The notes under the pieces were generated by a model. That model saw only the letters and a program-made list of their open reading frames with translations. It made no database searches and had not been told where the DNA came from. Below are positions 27,055 through 41,421 of a stretch of DNA of 64,000 nt, one piece after another; position 1 is the first letter of the stretch; each line of letters opens with the position of its first letter. The position numbers were made by a program, and so were the translations under genes. The stretch comes from Octopus vulgaris (lineage: Eukaryota). The stretch is taken from NCBI GenBank assembly GCA_951406725.2, contig OX597843.1:8556001-8620000 (forward strand), given 5' to 3'.

Positions 27055-27170
27055 GCAGAAAAGTCAACAAAACCTGTTACTCTGAGTTTCCCGTTGCCGT
27101 TCATCAGCAAAAACTGTCCGATGAACGGCAACGGGAAACTCAGAGTAACAGGTTTTGTTGACTTTTCTGC
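27055..27170. repeat. Perfect 51-bp inverted repeat made of a hammerhead motif
   Basis: 27055-27105 equals the reverse complement of 27120-27170; 14-nt spacer. Confidence 0.9.
27114..27151 (+). ncRNA. Minimal hammerhead motif, CCGATGA core
   Basis: ctgt-CCGATGA-acggcaacgg-GAAA-ctcagag-TA-acag. The minus-strand arm carries canonical CTGATGA. Confidence 0.55.
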
Positions 27171-27413
27171 CTCCCCTTATTTAGAAATCTCCTGGAAATA
27201 AAAACAACGATAACTCCATGCAATATAAACATAACGTCACAAGAAATTTGAAAAGCTACACGCGAAACCGGTAATTTCTTTAAAAATTTTAAAATTATGT
27301 CATTTTAAGGAAAGGAAAAAAAATTTTTCCAATATTCTCCAGACATTTTGACACAAATATATATATTTTTTAACATTTAAGCCTTCTGTCGTTTTTTCAC
27401 ACTTTACTATTTT

Positions 27414-27465
<52 letters not shown>

Positions 27466-28438
27466 CTCAGAATTAAACAGCCGAAATCTGCGATGAGGGA
27501 TCAGTTTCTGACTGAAGAATGAAGGCTTTGAATGACCCGTTTGTCTTTTTGTTCGTCCCTTCGTGTATTTCACGTTATTTATTTATGTAAAGGTTTATTA
27601 TATATATACGAACATGCACAGACACACACACACAAGAATATCTGAAGGTGTTTTTTTCCCTGTACCACTTGACAATCGGTAACTTAGCGATTGGGCAAAA
27701 GAGACCGATAGAATAAGTACCAAGCGTTGAGGGAACAAAAAGTCAATTCTTTCGACTAAAATTCGTCAAGGCGATGTCCCAGCATGGCCGCAACCTAAAG
27801 ACTGAAGCAAGATAAACAAAATACAATGAAAATTATAAAGAAAAACCACCATTGTTAAAATAGCTTTACAATGTTTCTAGGTTCGCCCTATTTCTAAAAC
27901 GGGATATGTTATTATTTCACGTGAAGCTGGAGGGGGAGAGACGGCGGATGACGATGTGCGAGGGAGGTTTTGTTGTAGGGTGCATGTCACTGAAACAAAG
28001 ATGCGGGGTACCTTCATAACAAAGCAGAGAGTCTGGGATTTTAAAGCCGATTAGATGCAATGAAAACTCGCCGCCCACAAAGATGGAGCGATTCAGGATG
28101 GGAAATCTCCATGACCGGAAGTGGCTTCCAAAGAAAGATGGCGCGAGGAAATTGACATCGAGTTAGAAATATGTAATATCATAGTTGCTGAATAGAGAAA
28201 TGGGGAAGAATAAAAAACGCCATTATGTGGATTACAAACGATAACACGCAATGACATACACACACACACACACACACAAATACACACACTCATATATACT
28301 TATACACAATTACGCATATACGACAGAATACATACATACACAAGTGTGTATGTATGTGTGTATTTATGTGTGTATGGAATTATATAAATGTTTACATATT
28401 TGAAATAATTTGAGTATGTATTTATGTGTATATATATA

Positions 28439-28486
<48 letters not shown>

Positions 28487-28491
28487 GTATG

Positions 28492-28648
<157 letters not shown>

Positions 28649-28660
28649 CATATACATATA

Positions 28661-28925
28661 TACGACAGGCGTCTTTTAGTTTCCGTCTACCAAATCCACT
28701 CACAAGGCATTGGTCGGCCCGGGGATATAGCAGAAGAGACTTGCCCAAGATGCCACGCATGTGGTTGGTTAGCAAGCTACTTACCACACAGCCACTCCTG
28801 CACCTATATATATATATATTCTTTTACTTGTTTTACAGTCATTTGACTGCGGCCATGCTAGAGCACCGCCTTTAGTCGAGCAAATCGACCCCAGGACTTA
28901 TTTATTGTAAGCTTAGTACTTATTC
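28661..28925 (-). mobile_element. Two SINE family A pieces (5' half; 3' tail)
   Basis: Reverse matches to the family A head and tail. Confidence 0.8.
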
Positions 28926-28954
28926 AACGGGTGTTATTATTAACATCATCGTAA

Positions 28955-29043
28955 ACACCACCACCACCACCGCCGCCAACACCTCCACTACCATCACCAT
29001 CACCATCATCACCACCACCACCACTACCATCATCACCACCATC

Positions 29044-29074
<31 letters not shown>

Positions 29075-29787
29075 CCACCACCATCACCACCACCACCACC
29101 ATCATCACCACCACCACCACTACCATCATCACCACCATCACCACCACCACCACCACCATCATCATCACCATCACCACCATCATCATCACCACCATCACCA
29201 CCATCACCACCACCACCATCATCACCACCATCATCACCACCACCATCACCACCATCACCACAACCACCACCACAACCAACACCACCACCACCACCACCAC
29301 CATCACCACACCATCACCACCACACCACCACCACCATCACCACCACCACCACCACCAACAACACCACCACCACCAACAACACCACCACCACCACCAACAC
29401 CACCACCACCACCAACACCACCAACACCACCAACGCCACCACCACCACCAACACCACCACCACCACCAACACCACCAACACCACCACCACCAGCAACACC
29501 ACCATCACAGTCTAAATGGTTCATACCTCACTTAACAAGAGTTAAAAGTTATTTTGCCGCCACGCACCATCACACAATCAGTTGTTGCACACCATTGCAC
29601 CGACATTAAAATAATAACAGCAGACACACCACCACCACCACCACCACCACCACCACCACTACTACTACTACCACTACCACCACCACCACCACCACCACCA
29701 CCACCACCACTACTACTACGACGACGACGACAACTATGACTACTACCACCACCACCTCTACTACTACTACTACTACTACTACCACTG

Positions 29788-29825
<38 letters not shown>

Positions 29826-29840
29826 GCTACTACTACTACT
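28955..29840. repeat. (ACC)/(ATC)/(ACT) trinucleotide low-complexity region
   Basis: Direct tandem repeats. Confidence 0.9.
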
Positions 29841-30872
29841 GTTATCGTTGTAACGGCGTTAATTAATGCGGAGGTGCTTTGTAAGTGTTAGCTAGACGTG
29901 ATTAGAAATAGCAACCAAATCTCTGATCCCATCCCACAATCTTATGCATGTATGCATGTATGTGTGAACTAGTGAGGGAGACCTCTACATAGTAATTAGA
30001 CCTGATCGAAATAGCAGCCTGACCTCCCTCAAAGACACTGCTACTCTTTTATGTATGTATGTATGTATGTATGTATGTATGTATGTATGCATGCATGTAT
30101 GTATGTATGCATGTATGTATGTATGTATGAATGCATGTATGTATGTATGTGTATATGTATGCATGCATGTATGTATGTATGTATGCATGTACGTATGTAT
30201 GCATGCATGCATGCATATTTGTATGTATGTGTGTATGCATGTATGTATGAGTCAATGAGGGAGACTTCTACGTGGTAGCTAGAATAGTTGTTTTAGTTAT
30301 TTGATTGCGACCTTGCTGGAGCATCACATAAATGGGTTTCTATCGAACAACGCAACCCCTGGACTTATCTTTTGTAATCCTAGTACTTATTCTATTGGGG
30401 TCTTTTTGCCAAACCGCTAAGTTGTGGGGACATAAACACACTAGCATCGGTTGTTAAACGATAGCGGATGGAGAAAAAAATAAACACATACACGTATGAA
30501 TATAGCTCAAATTTTATTTAATTTGATTTTCGCGGGAAGGATTGTTTCATTAAAGTCATGTATCGCATTGATCTTCGAAACCTGGAGTAGATGAAACAAA
30601 GGCGACTGAAAAAAGGGGAATTTTCCTTCTGTTATTTTTCCTGTACTCTATCTTTTCGTTGTTTAAGAAAAATGTCCAGTTCCTTGGTTTTGTGTTTATG
30701 TTTTCGTTTCTCATTGTGTTCGACGTTTTTTTGGTGTCCTGTACCCATATATGCATGTATATATACATGTAGAGGTAGGTACGTACATATATGTATATAT
30801 ATATGCATATGTTTTATTTATTAATTTATTATATGACGGAACGCACACATCCATTTCTAAGTAAGATTGTTC

Positions 30873-30929
<57 letters not shown>

Positions 30930-31599
30930 GAGCAAAACGCCCCCCCCCCCCATCCAAAGGACGGTGCTGAGTTGTCAAACAATTAAACCAAATTTTCTCA
31001 AAACAACTTGTCAGACTGTTCCATACGCCTCCCCTTTGAGAAACACTGATTTAACCTAAATTTGAGACACCAGCAAAAGAAGAAATAAAGATAGACTTTT
31101 TTTTTCCTATTCCAAAGAAAAACGATTTTATTCACAGAAAATATGCAACCGAAGAGTTTAAAGTACCAGAAATGATAAGTCTGTAGACTGGGAGAACACA
31201 AACATGGTTTAACCAGTAAGCTTGGAAGGAAAGAAACGTGCCTTTAAGCAGTACAAGAACAGCAAAAAATGGAAGGTGCAGTTATGTACAGGTTGACGGA
31301 AGAATAGCAGGACAAAAACGATGCATGCAAATGGGTTAGCTGGAGGAAAATCTAGATGGAAAAGCATGATGATTTTTTTTTGCACAAACTGCACGTGCGT
31401 AGTATCGAACGCAACAGCTGATGCACTTGCGCGTACAAATGCACGTTCCCACGGCTTTATCGATCGCATACTCACCTGGAATAGATATTTGTAATTTTTT
31501 CGAGTCTTATACAGGCCCTGATACCGTCGGTATCTAAATATCAAAATTGAACCCACACACAGACAGACAGAACGGATTTTATATTATATATATATATAT

Positions 31600-31798
31600 T
31601 GTTTGTTCCTCATCGAGCCACGCCTGGCTCATACGGCCGGTTTCCCCGGTTACCTTGGCGTATAGTCTCCCCACCTGGACGGGACGCCGGTCCATCGCAG
31701 GTGAGCTGCAAGATGCAGGAGGAAAGAGTGAGAGAAAGTTGTGGCGAAAGAGTCAGCAGAAGTTCGCCATTACCTTCTGCCGGACCCGCTTGGAGCTT
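31600..31798 (-). mobile_element. SINE-like element sharing its 5' module with family C
   Basis: Minus strand reads aagctccaagcgggtccggcagaaggtaatggcgaacttctgctg, then acctgcgatggaccggcgtcccgtccagg, a SINE-body-like motif. Confidence 0.6.
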
Positions 31799-31820
31799 GA
31801 GGGTGTGTGTGTATGTTTGT

Positions 31821-31853
<33 letters not shown>

Positions 31854-32339
31854 CGTGTGTGTGTGTGTGCCTTTGAGCATATCTTTGTTCCACTTCCACC
31901 CCTTCAAAGCCGGTGTTGGTCGTCTCCGTAACTTAGACGTTCGGCAAAATGTGACGGACAGACTAAGTATTAGGCGGTTAAAACGAAATAAATACAGAAC
32001 TTGATTTGTTCAACGAAAACAGAAAAACACAAACACATAGAAACACATTCATAAAATGTCACCTTTGACATCTCAATAATGAATTATATATATGTCCACG
32101 AGACACATTCAGTGTTATGTTATAGAAAAGGTATACACACACACATACACACATACACACATACATACATATACACTATGGTTATGTATACATGTGTACG
32201 TGTGTTTGTTTGTGGATGATTACATGTATGTGTGTGTTTTAGATATTAACTATATGTCTGTTTCTACAGAGGTACATTAAACCTACATAAATATATATAC
32301 TCAGTTCCTAACATTTAATCATACAAAGATATTAACGGG

Positions 32340-32377
<38 letters not shown>

Positions 32378-32595
32378 AATATATTGTATTTCTCTCAATA
32401 CATATTCGTATAATTTGCGTACATATATCTATATGTACATATATGTGTGTATGTATATATGTCTGTATATATATATATACACACATATATATATATGTAT
32501 GTATGTATATATGTATGTATGTATGTATGTATGTGTATGTGTGTATGTATACATATATGTGTCTATAAGTATACATGTATGTTCCAGTTAGTATA

Positions 32596-32803
<208 letters not shown>

Positions 32804-33609
32804 CATCAACCTTTCTGCCCGCGATGAGGGAGCATCAAATGGCGTGCGGTGGTCACACGATCGCACCAACCAGCCTCATTCTGGTTCACACGGTATCACA
32901 AAATTTCACCGTAAAAACGCCAGACAGGATCGTCTGCTTTCCCAGGGTCGTTGAGGGAGGGTCAGACGTAAGGGAGGGATGAATGGAAGCTAATCGTAAC
33001 TGTCCTGTCGTATTTCTTGTTGCTTAATGTTATTACAGCGCTGGGTTATGACCTCCAGAGTTACACTATGTGTGAATTCTGACGCCATGTTGTCCCATCG
33101 TTTCGCACCGGAATAAACGAACCGACGGAGCGAGCGTGAGCCCTGCATGTCTTTGCGTGCGTTCCTATGTGTTGGTTGTGTGTGTGCATGTCTGTGTGTG
33201 TGTGCGTGTGTGTTTATGTGTTTATGTGTGTTTACCAGTTTATACGTGAGTGTGAGTTAATATATACTTACGTATATATGTGTGTGTGTCTGTATGTTTC
33301 TACACATAAATGTCTTTATACACACTCACACACACACACACATATATATACATATATACACATATATACACACACATATATACACACACATATATAAATA
33401 TATACACACACGTATATATACATATATATATATATAGGTATAAATATACATTTATATACATATAAATATATGAACAAATTCATTTATGCACACACGCACA
33501 CACGTGTATGTAAATAAATACATATACACACACATATACATATATGTATATATCTGTATATATGTATACATGAATGTATATACATATATATTCATACACA
33601 TTTACATAC

Positions 33610-33658
<49 letters not shown>

Positions 33659-33915
33659 CATATGTGTGTGTGTGTGTGTGTGTGTATAGAAATGGACAGA
33701 GAGAGAGAGTTAAATACATAGAGAGCTGCAGCAATTGATAAATAGATATGGATACACACATACAAACATATATACGCATAGATGTACAACCACTCACACA
33801 CACATACATATGTCTATATTATATACAATCTTTTTGTACATTTTTCTATTTCTTTTAGAAGACAACTGTAGGACTTGCAACATCTTACAACACACTTAAT
33901 GATCATAAAACCTCG

Positions 33916-33953
<38 letters not shown>

Positions 33954-34006
33954 GGCGCATACAAAAAAAAAAAACAAATATACGTGCATGCATAATCACA
34001 ATCACA

Positions 34007-34044
<38 letters not shown>

Positions 34045-34833
34045 TATAGGATAGATTGTAAAAGAGTCGGGACAGATGAGTGCCTATATAAAGGAAATAA
34101 AATTTTGCTAAAAATAAAGGTATAACATTTGGTAATGTCTGTTGCCTGTTTTTATGAGAAGCCAGTCGCCATTTTTGTCGTTCCCGCCTTTTAATATATA
34201 TATATATATTTATTTATTTATTTATTTATATGTATGTATATACATATATATATATATGTTTGTAAATATATATATATATATATATGTATATATAAATATA
34301 AGTATGTATATATGTATATGAATATATATGAATATATAAGTATATATATATGTATAAATATATGTATATATATAATATGTATATATATATATATAATATG
34401 TATATACATATATATAAATATGTATTTATATATATATGTATATATATATGAATATATACACACATACATACATACATACATATATATATATATGCATACA
34501 TATATATATATACATATATATACATATATATATATACATATATATATATACATATATATATATATACACAAATATACATATGTATATATATATATATGTA
34601 TATATATATACATACGTACATATATATATATATATATACGCACACATATATACATGCATACACACGACATATATATATATATATACGCACACATATATAC
34701 ATGCATACACACGTATATATACATACATTTATATATAGATACATACATGTTCACGTGCAAACGCACACACACACAGACACATACCCGCATACACACACAC
34801 ATACCCGCATACACACACACATACACCCCAAAG

Positions 34834-35218
34834 TGAACGTCCTGTTCATCCTTCATCTCCAAGGCTGAAATTTCCACTTCTAAATTTTGCAAACCATCTT
34901 CTGCAAGTTCTTTCATTCAAGGATTCTTACCCATAAACTAAAAGTGTTCTTTCGAGTCGCTTCGGCTGCAGAGTTTCCTTTTTTGTACTCATAAAGCATT
35001 ATGTGCCTTAAATGCTCTTTGGGTACTTCCATGTTAGAAAGGGTTTTAATCAAAGAAATTTTAATTCTATTATTCTGTGAAATGATATTTAATTAGTTTA
35101 AATCTACACAAATGCATAAAATTAATTTTAATTCCATTAGACGACATTCTAAAATACTATTAAATTTCATTCAATTTTAAAAAAGGTAAGATCGGACAGA
35201 ACTTATGGGATAATCTGA
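34834..35218 (-). mobile_element. Mariner relic: 5' TIR and transposase N-terminus
   Basis: TA then TIR-like tcagattatcccataagttctgtccg. ATG at 35032 gives MEVPKEHLRHIMLYEYKKGNSAAEATR, and after a frameshift [25 protein letters not shown]. Confidence 0.85.
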
Positions 35219-35717
35219 TACAATGTAACACCAGACAGTAGCCCTCATGGCCTCTGATCTTAACTGATTTGGAGGGTTATCATGTACATGTAAAAACATG
35301 TACGTGTTGGTGTAAAAGATGGGCCACAGAAAATATTCTGCTTGTCATTGCTTGACCGTTACCAGTTGACCATGTCTCTTATTGGCTGACGATATGAAGG
35401 AACATCATGGCCGAGTGTTGAGAGGGATTCTTTGGGATTTTAATAATTCACCTCTGAAAACATAAGTGTTTCTTTCAAAATCCTCAAACGACCCTTATTC
35501 AGGGACCTTTTGACTCGACCTGAAGAAAAATTCTAACTGAGCCCGCCTGTAATTACAGCACTGTTTACCTTGACATGAGATGACCATGTCACGTACATAT
35601 AGTTGCGATGCATATGCCTGGTGTACCCTCTTATCATGGTCGATATATTGGGCTTCGTGGATTTGGTAGACGGAAACTTAAAGAAGAATGCCGTATATGT
35701 GTGTTTGTGTATGTATG

Positions 35718-35813
<96 letters not shown>

Positions 35814-35917
35814 TATGTATATATATATATATTTTTTACATACAAAATTTGAAGGACTGACCACTTTATCTAGCATATTAACTGTCCACTTTTAGTGGTC
35901 AGTCCTTCAAATTTTAT

Positions 35918-36128
35918 CGCCATGTTGATTCGTTAGCTACTGCACGCATTTTTTTTTTCTCTCCTTGTTCCTCTCCTTGTTTCTTTTGTGTGTATCTTTC
36001 TGTCAAAGAGCGTAGGCTCGAAACGTTAAAGACTTTTTTCTATTTCTATTCCTGAGCGCCATACTAATACATTGTTTGTTTGTACTCCACCTGCCTTCGT
36101 CTTTTGTTTATTTTCATAAAGCTTCCCG

Positions 36129-36130
<2 letters not shown>
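35918..36130 (+). mobile_element. Family D short element
   Basis: Aligns end to end with 24996-25205; followed by (TA)n. Confidence 0.8.
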
Positions 36131-36203
<73 letters not shown>

Positions 36204-36442
36204 GAAGGACTGACCACTAAAAGTGGACAGTTAATATGCTAGATAAAGTGGTCAGTCCTTCAAATTTTGTATGTAAAAAATATTTTAATCTTAGAATTTT
36301 TTTTAATATGCTAGGCCACTGGTTTTAATTGATTAATATCAATGTCTACCCTTATTCAATTTTATATATATACATATATATATATTGCTTAATACGATAA
36401 AAAAAACCAAGGCTGTATAGATATTAGAGCATTTATAGATAG

Positions 36443-36494
36443 GTCTTACAGCTGTTTCTAGGATATTAATTAATAATATCCCTTCATCGGAGAC
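36443..36494 (-). ncRNA. Minimal type I hammerhead motif, CCGATGA core
   Basis: Minus strand reads gtct-CCGATGA-ag-ggatatta ttaat taatatcc-ta-GAAA-cagctg-TA-agac. Confidence 0.6.
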
Positions 36495-36828
36495 GGTGTG
36501 AGAGGATAGTTAAGTCATATTTAGTATAGATGTGATACAAAATGGAGAATGAGGTGGAGGAAAGAAAATAGATGCAAGATATGTATGGGTATGTGGAGGA
36601 GAGGAGAGGGAGATGAAGAAGCTGGGTGATCGATACCCTGGTATCTAGCTAGACAGAAAGACGGGTAGCTGCACGCTTGAATGGATGGCTGGACATCAGA
36701 GATGGGAAGATAAACTGAAAAAACAGATAGCTGTTCAACTTCGGAAGATAAAAAGATGGATACATATAGATAAAAAGACACTACATTTATATCGAAAAAA
36801 GATAGATTTACAGACACATAAACCTACG

Positions 36829-36944
36829 TACATACATACATACATACATACATACATACATACATACATACATACATACATACATACATACATACATACA
36901 TACATACATACATACATACATGCATACACACATTCATACATACA

Positions 36945-36978
<34 letters not shown>

Positions 36979-37060
36979 CACACATACATACATACATACA
37001 TACATACATACATACATACATACATACATACATACATACATACATACATACATACATACA
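36829..37060. repeat. (ATAC)n microsatellite
   Basis: Direct tandem repeat. Confidence 0.95.
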
Positions 37061-37316
37061 TGCGTATATATACACACGCGTTGGTTGCGTGAACATCACT
37101 TGTTTAGTTTTTCCTTTGTAACACTTTCATCTTTGAAATTGCTATGTATAAAACATTAAAAACTCCTTATTTTTACAAAGACAAATATATATATACACCT
37201 GTATATATATCCTGTATATGAATGTGGTAGGGAAGGGGGCTATAAATAAGTATATATATATATATATATGTGTGTGTTTGTATAAATCTGTACTTATATA
37301 TATATACATATGTATG

Positions 37317-37357
<41 letters not shown>

Positions 37358-37362
37358 GTATG

Positions 37363-37401
<39 letters not shown>

Positions 37402-37438
37402 CATATGTATGCATATATATATATATATATGCCTAACT

Positions 37439-37476
<38 letters not shown>

Positions 37477-37642
37477 AGATAGATAGATACATACATACAT
37501 ACATATTGATATACTTGCATGTTTTTAAATACACACACGTGTGTGTGTGTGGACGCAAGTATACTGAGTGTATATAGAATTTTAAACAGTTTTTGTCTTC
37601 AGAACAATAGTTTAAAAGTCTATAAGGGTACGTTTGAAACAC

Positions 37643-37710
<68 letters not shown>

Positions 37711-37772
37711 TCTTGTAAATATGCACACACACGAACATATATGTATATACAATGCATACATAGATACACACG

Positions 37773-37810
<38 letters not shown>

Positions 37811-37989
37811 CCTATATATATACATTCACACACACATAGATATATATATATATATATACATATACACACACATATATAGATATTTACGTATATGCATATA
37901 TACAGAAACAAATATTGATATATACATACATATATAAATATATATATATATATACATACATATATATACACACACATAGATATATACAT

Positions 37990-38025
<36 letters not shown>

Positions 38026-38147
38026 GTATACACGCTTATATATACACACACATATATAGATATATACATATATATACACACACACATATAGGTATATAAA
38101 TATGTATATACACAAACACAAACACACATATATATATATATACCCAC

Positions 38148-38181
<34 letters not shown>

Positions 38182-38478
38182 CATATATATACACGCGCAT
38201 ATATTTATACTCATTCATGTGCACAGTTATTACGCTCCAGCACATACACACACGTACATGTCCTTCTGCGCATGCGTACGTGAATGTATACGTTTTCCTT
38301 TTGTCATACAGATTAATTACTAAAAAATCATGAATATGTATGGATATAGAAGAAAATATAAGTAGACATACCTTTACAAAGCAGTCTATATATTATATAT
38401 ATATACATATGTATGGCTATATGCACGTATATGCAGTCTATGTGTCATAACATATATGCATACAGACACACACACACG

Positions 38479-38520
<42 letters not shown>

Positions 38521-38643
38521 AGTCATATAGAATATATATACTTGCATAAAATATATACATACACCTAGACATAAATACGCAAGCATTCGAATATATAGCC
38601 ACATACCCATAGGTATACTGTTATCCTTATATGCAGTCACACC

Positions 38644-38705
<62 letters not shown>

Positions 38706-38788
38706 TATATACGTGCACATTTCTTGTAAAAACGTACCCAATACATGCACAAACATAAATTTTACACAAATATCTACATGTATGTATG

Positions 38789-38825
<37 letters not shown>

Positions 38826-39061
38826 TTTTAAATATAATGTACGTATAATGTATGTATATATATAAATATATATATACATGTATATATACGTACTTGTTTA
38901 CATTCATGTATATATATGCACACATACATATATATGTATGTATATATATATATATATACACAAGTATATACACATACATTTATACACAAACACTCATAAA
39001 TATATTGTTTCATATGCTTACATATATGTATGCATATGTATGTGCGTATGCATATTATATA

Positions 39062-39096
<35 letters not shown>

Positions 39097-39274
39097 TGCA
39101 TATAATATTATATATATACACGCGTATGCATATATATATGCATATACGTGTGTATACATAAGCATGTGTATGAACGTATGCATATTTTAATGCATACACC
39201 CATATATTTATATACACATATATTTATATACACATACATTTATGTATACACATATACACACTCAAACACACACT

Positions 39275-39306
<32 letters not shown>

Positions 39307-39856
39307 CACACGTACACACTCGTACACACACACACAGACGCATACACCCTTACACTTATATATACTACGAAACAAAAACACAAGCCAATAAACGTAGAAC
39401 GTACAAAAACACACATATTCCATTCGCGTCGCCATTTTGCTTTTCTCCGCTGAACTTCCAACACAAACCACAAATGCAATTTTTATTTTAATTCCATACA
39501 ATAGATTTAATTTGAATGAAGCGTTAACACTTCCGGTTTCATATCAAATTCCGTTTTGTATCACGTGACGCAGTTTCCCTTACAAACCGATCGCAACAAT
39601 GGATGCGAAACTCTCTCTGTCCATGCGTTTTGGTGCTGTTGTTGTTGTTGCTGTTGGTGTTGTCGTCGGTGGTAGTGGTTGCGGCGGCGGGTGGTGGGGG
39701 AGGTGTCGGTGCTAGTAGTGGTGGTGGTGGCGGTTTTTTGGTATTGTTGTTCGTAGTAGTGGCTGTGGTGGTATTGGTGGTGGTGGTGGTGTTTGTGGTG
39801 CTGTTGATTGTGATGGTAATGGTGACGATGGTGGTAGTGGTAGTGGTTGTGGTGGT

Positions 39857-40350
39857 GGGGCTGATGGTCGTGGTATTTGTGGGTGGTGGTGGTGGTTGTG
39901 GTTGTGGTAGTGTTAGATGTTGTGATGGTTGTGTTGGTGGTTGTGGCGGTAGTAGCGGTGATAGCTGTGATGGTGATGGAGTTGGTGGTGGTTGTGGCGG
40001 TGGGGCTGATGGTCGTGGTATTTGTGGGTGGTGGTGGTGGTGGTGGTGGTTGTGGTAGATGTTGTGATGGTTGTGTTGGTGGTTGTGGTGGTAGTAGCGG
40101 TTATAGCTGTGATGGTGATGGAGTTGGTGGTGGTTGTGGTGTTGGGGCTGGTGGTGGTGGTATTTGTGGGTGGTGGTGGTGGTGGTGGCGGTTGTGGTTG
40201 TGGTAGATGTTGTGATGGTTGTGTTGGTGATTGTGGTGGTAGTAGCGGTGATAGCTGTGGTGGTGATGGAGTTGGTGGTGGTTGTGGTGATGGGGCTGAT
40301 GTTCGTGGTATTTGTGGGTGGTGGTGGTGGTTGTGGTAGATGTTGTGATG
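39857..40350. repeat. ~145-bp GGT-rich minisatellite, ~3.4 units
   Basis: ggggctg...ggtatttgtgggtgg...gtagtagcgg(t)gatagctgtg recurs about every 145 bp. Confidence 0.8.
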
Positions 40351-40575
40351 GCAGAAATGTTAGCACGCCGGATGAAATGCTTTGCGGTATTTCGTCTGTC
40401 GTTACGTTCTGAGTTCAAATTCCGCCGAGGTCGACTTTGCCTTTCATCCTTTCGGGGTCAATTAAATAAGTACCAGTTACGCACTGGGGCCCATATAATC
40501 GACTGAATCCCTTTGTCTGTCCTTGTTTGTCCCCCCTCTGTGTTTAGCCCCTTGAGGGTAGTAAAGTAATAGATA
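40349..40575 (+). mobile_element. SINE family B monomer inside the GGT minisatellite
   Basis: tggcagaaatgttagc...gagttcaaattcc...gtaaagtaatag. Confidence 0.85.
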
Positions 40576-41381
40576 TTTATCGGTGCTGGTGGTGGTTGTT
40601 GTGGTAGATGTTGTGATGGTTGTGTTGGTGGTGGTTGTGGTGATGATACTTGTGGTAGTGGTGTTTGTGGTGGTGTTTGTGGTGGTGGTGGTGGCGACAG
40701 TGATCGTGGTGGTGAGGGAGATGGTGGGGGTGAAGGTACTTGTGATAAGGGTGATGGTGTTGGGGGTAATGATGGTAGTGGTGGTGGTTTTGGCATTGTC
40801 GTTGGCAGTGGTAATGGTGTTTTTGCTCGTAGTGGTAGTACGGATTGTTGTGGTGGAGGTGGTAGTTTACTTGGTGGTGAGTGTGTTGGTAGTAGAGCTG
40901 GTGGTGTCTGTGGTGAGAGTGGTGGTGGTAGTGTTGGCGTTTTGGGATTTATTGTTGTTCATAATCCCGATGAGGGTGTTGGTGGTAGTGGCGGTGGTGG
41001 TTGTGGTGGTGGTGGTGGTGATGGTGGCGGCGGTTGCGGCGGTGGTAGTAATGGTATAGGTGGTGGTGGTAATGGTATAGGTGGTGGCTGTATAGGTGGC
41101 GGTGGTGGTGGTGATGTAATGGTATAGGTGGTTGCTGTGTAGGAGGTGTTCGTGTTTGCCCCCACGACCGCTTGATCACTTGTGTTGGTTTGTTCACATC
41201 CCCATAACTTGCGTTGGTTTGTTTACGTCTCCATAACTTGCCGGTTCGTCACAAAGAGACTTAAAGAATAAGTACGAGGCTTGAAAAAAGAACTACGGGA
41301 GTCGATTAGTTCGACTAAAAATTCAAGGTAGTGCCCCAGCATGGCCACAGTGTACTGATTGAAACAAGTAAAAGATAAAAG

Positions 41382-41419
<38 letters not shown>

Positions 41420-41421
<2 letters not shown>

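Noticed and set aside
39539-41197. Mucin-like or Gly-rich ORFs (also 50031-51018)
   Set aside because: GGT/ACC minisatellites open in several frames on both strands and interrupted by SINEs; no signal peptide or splice support.
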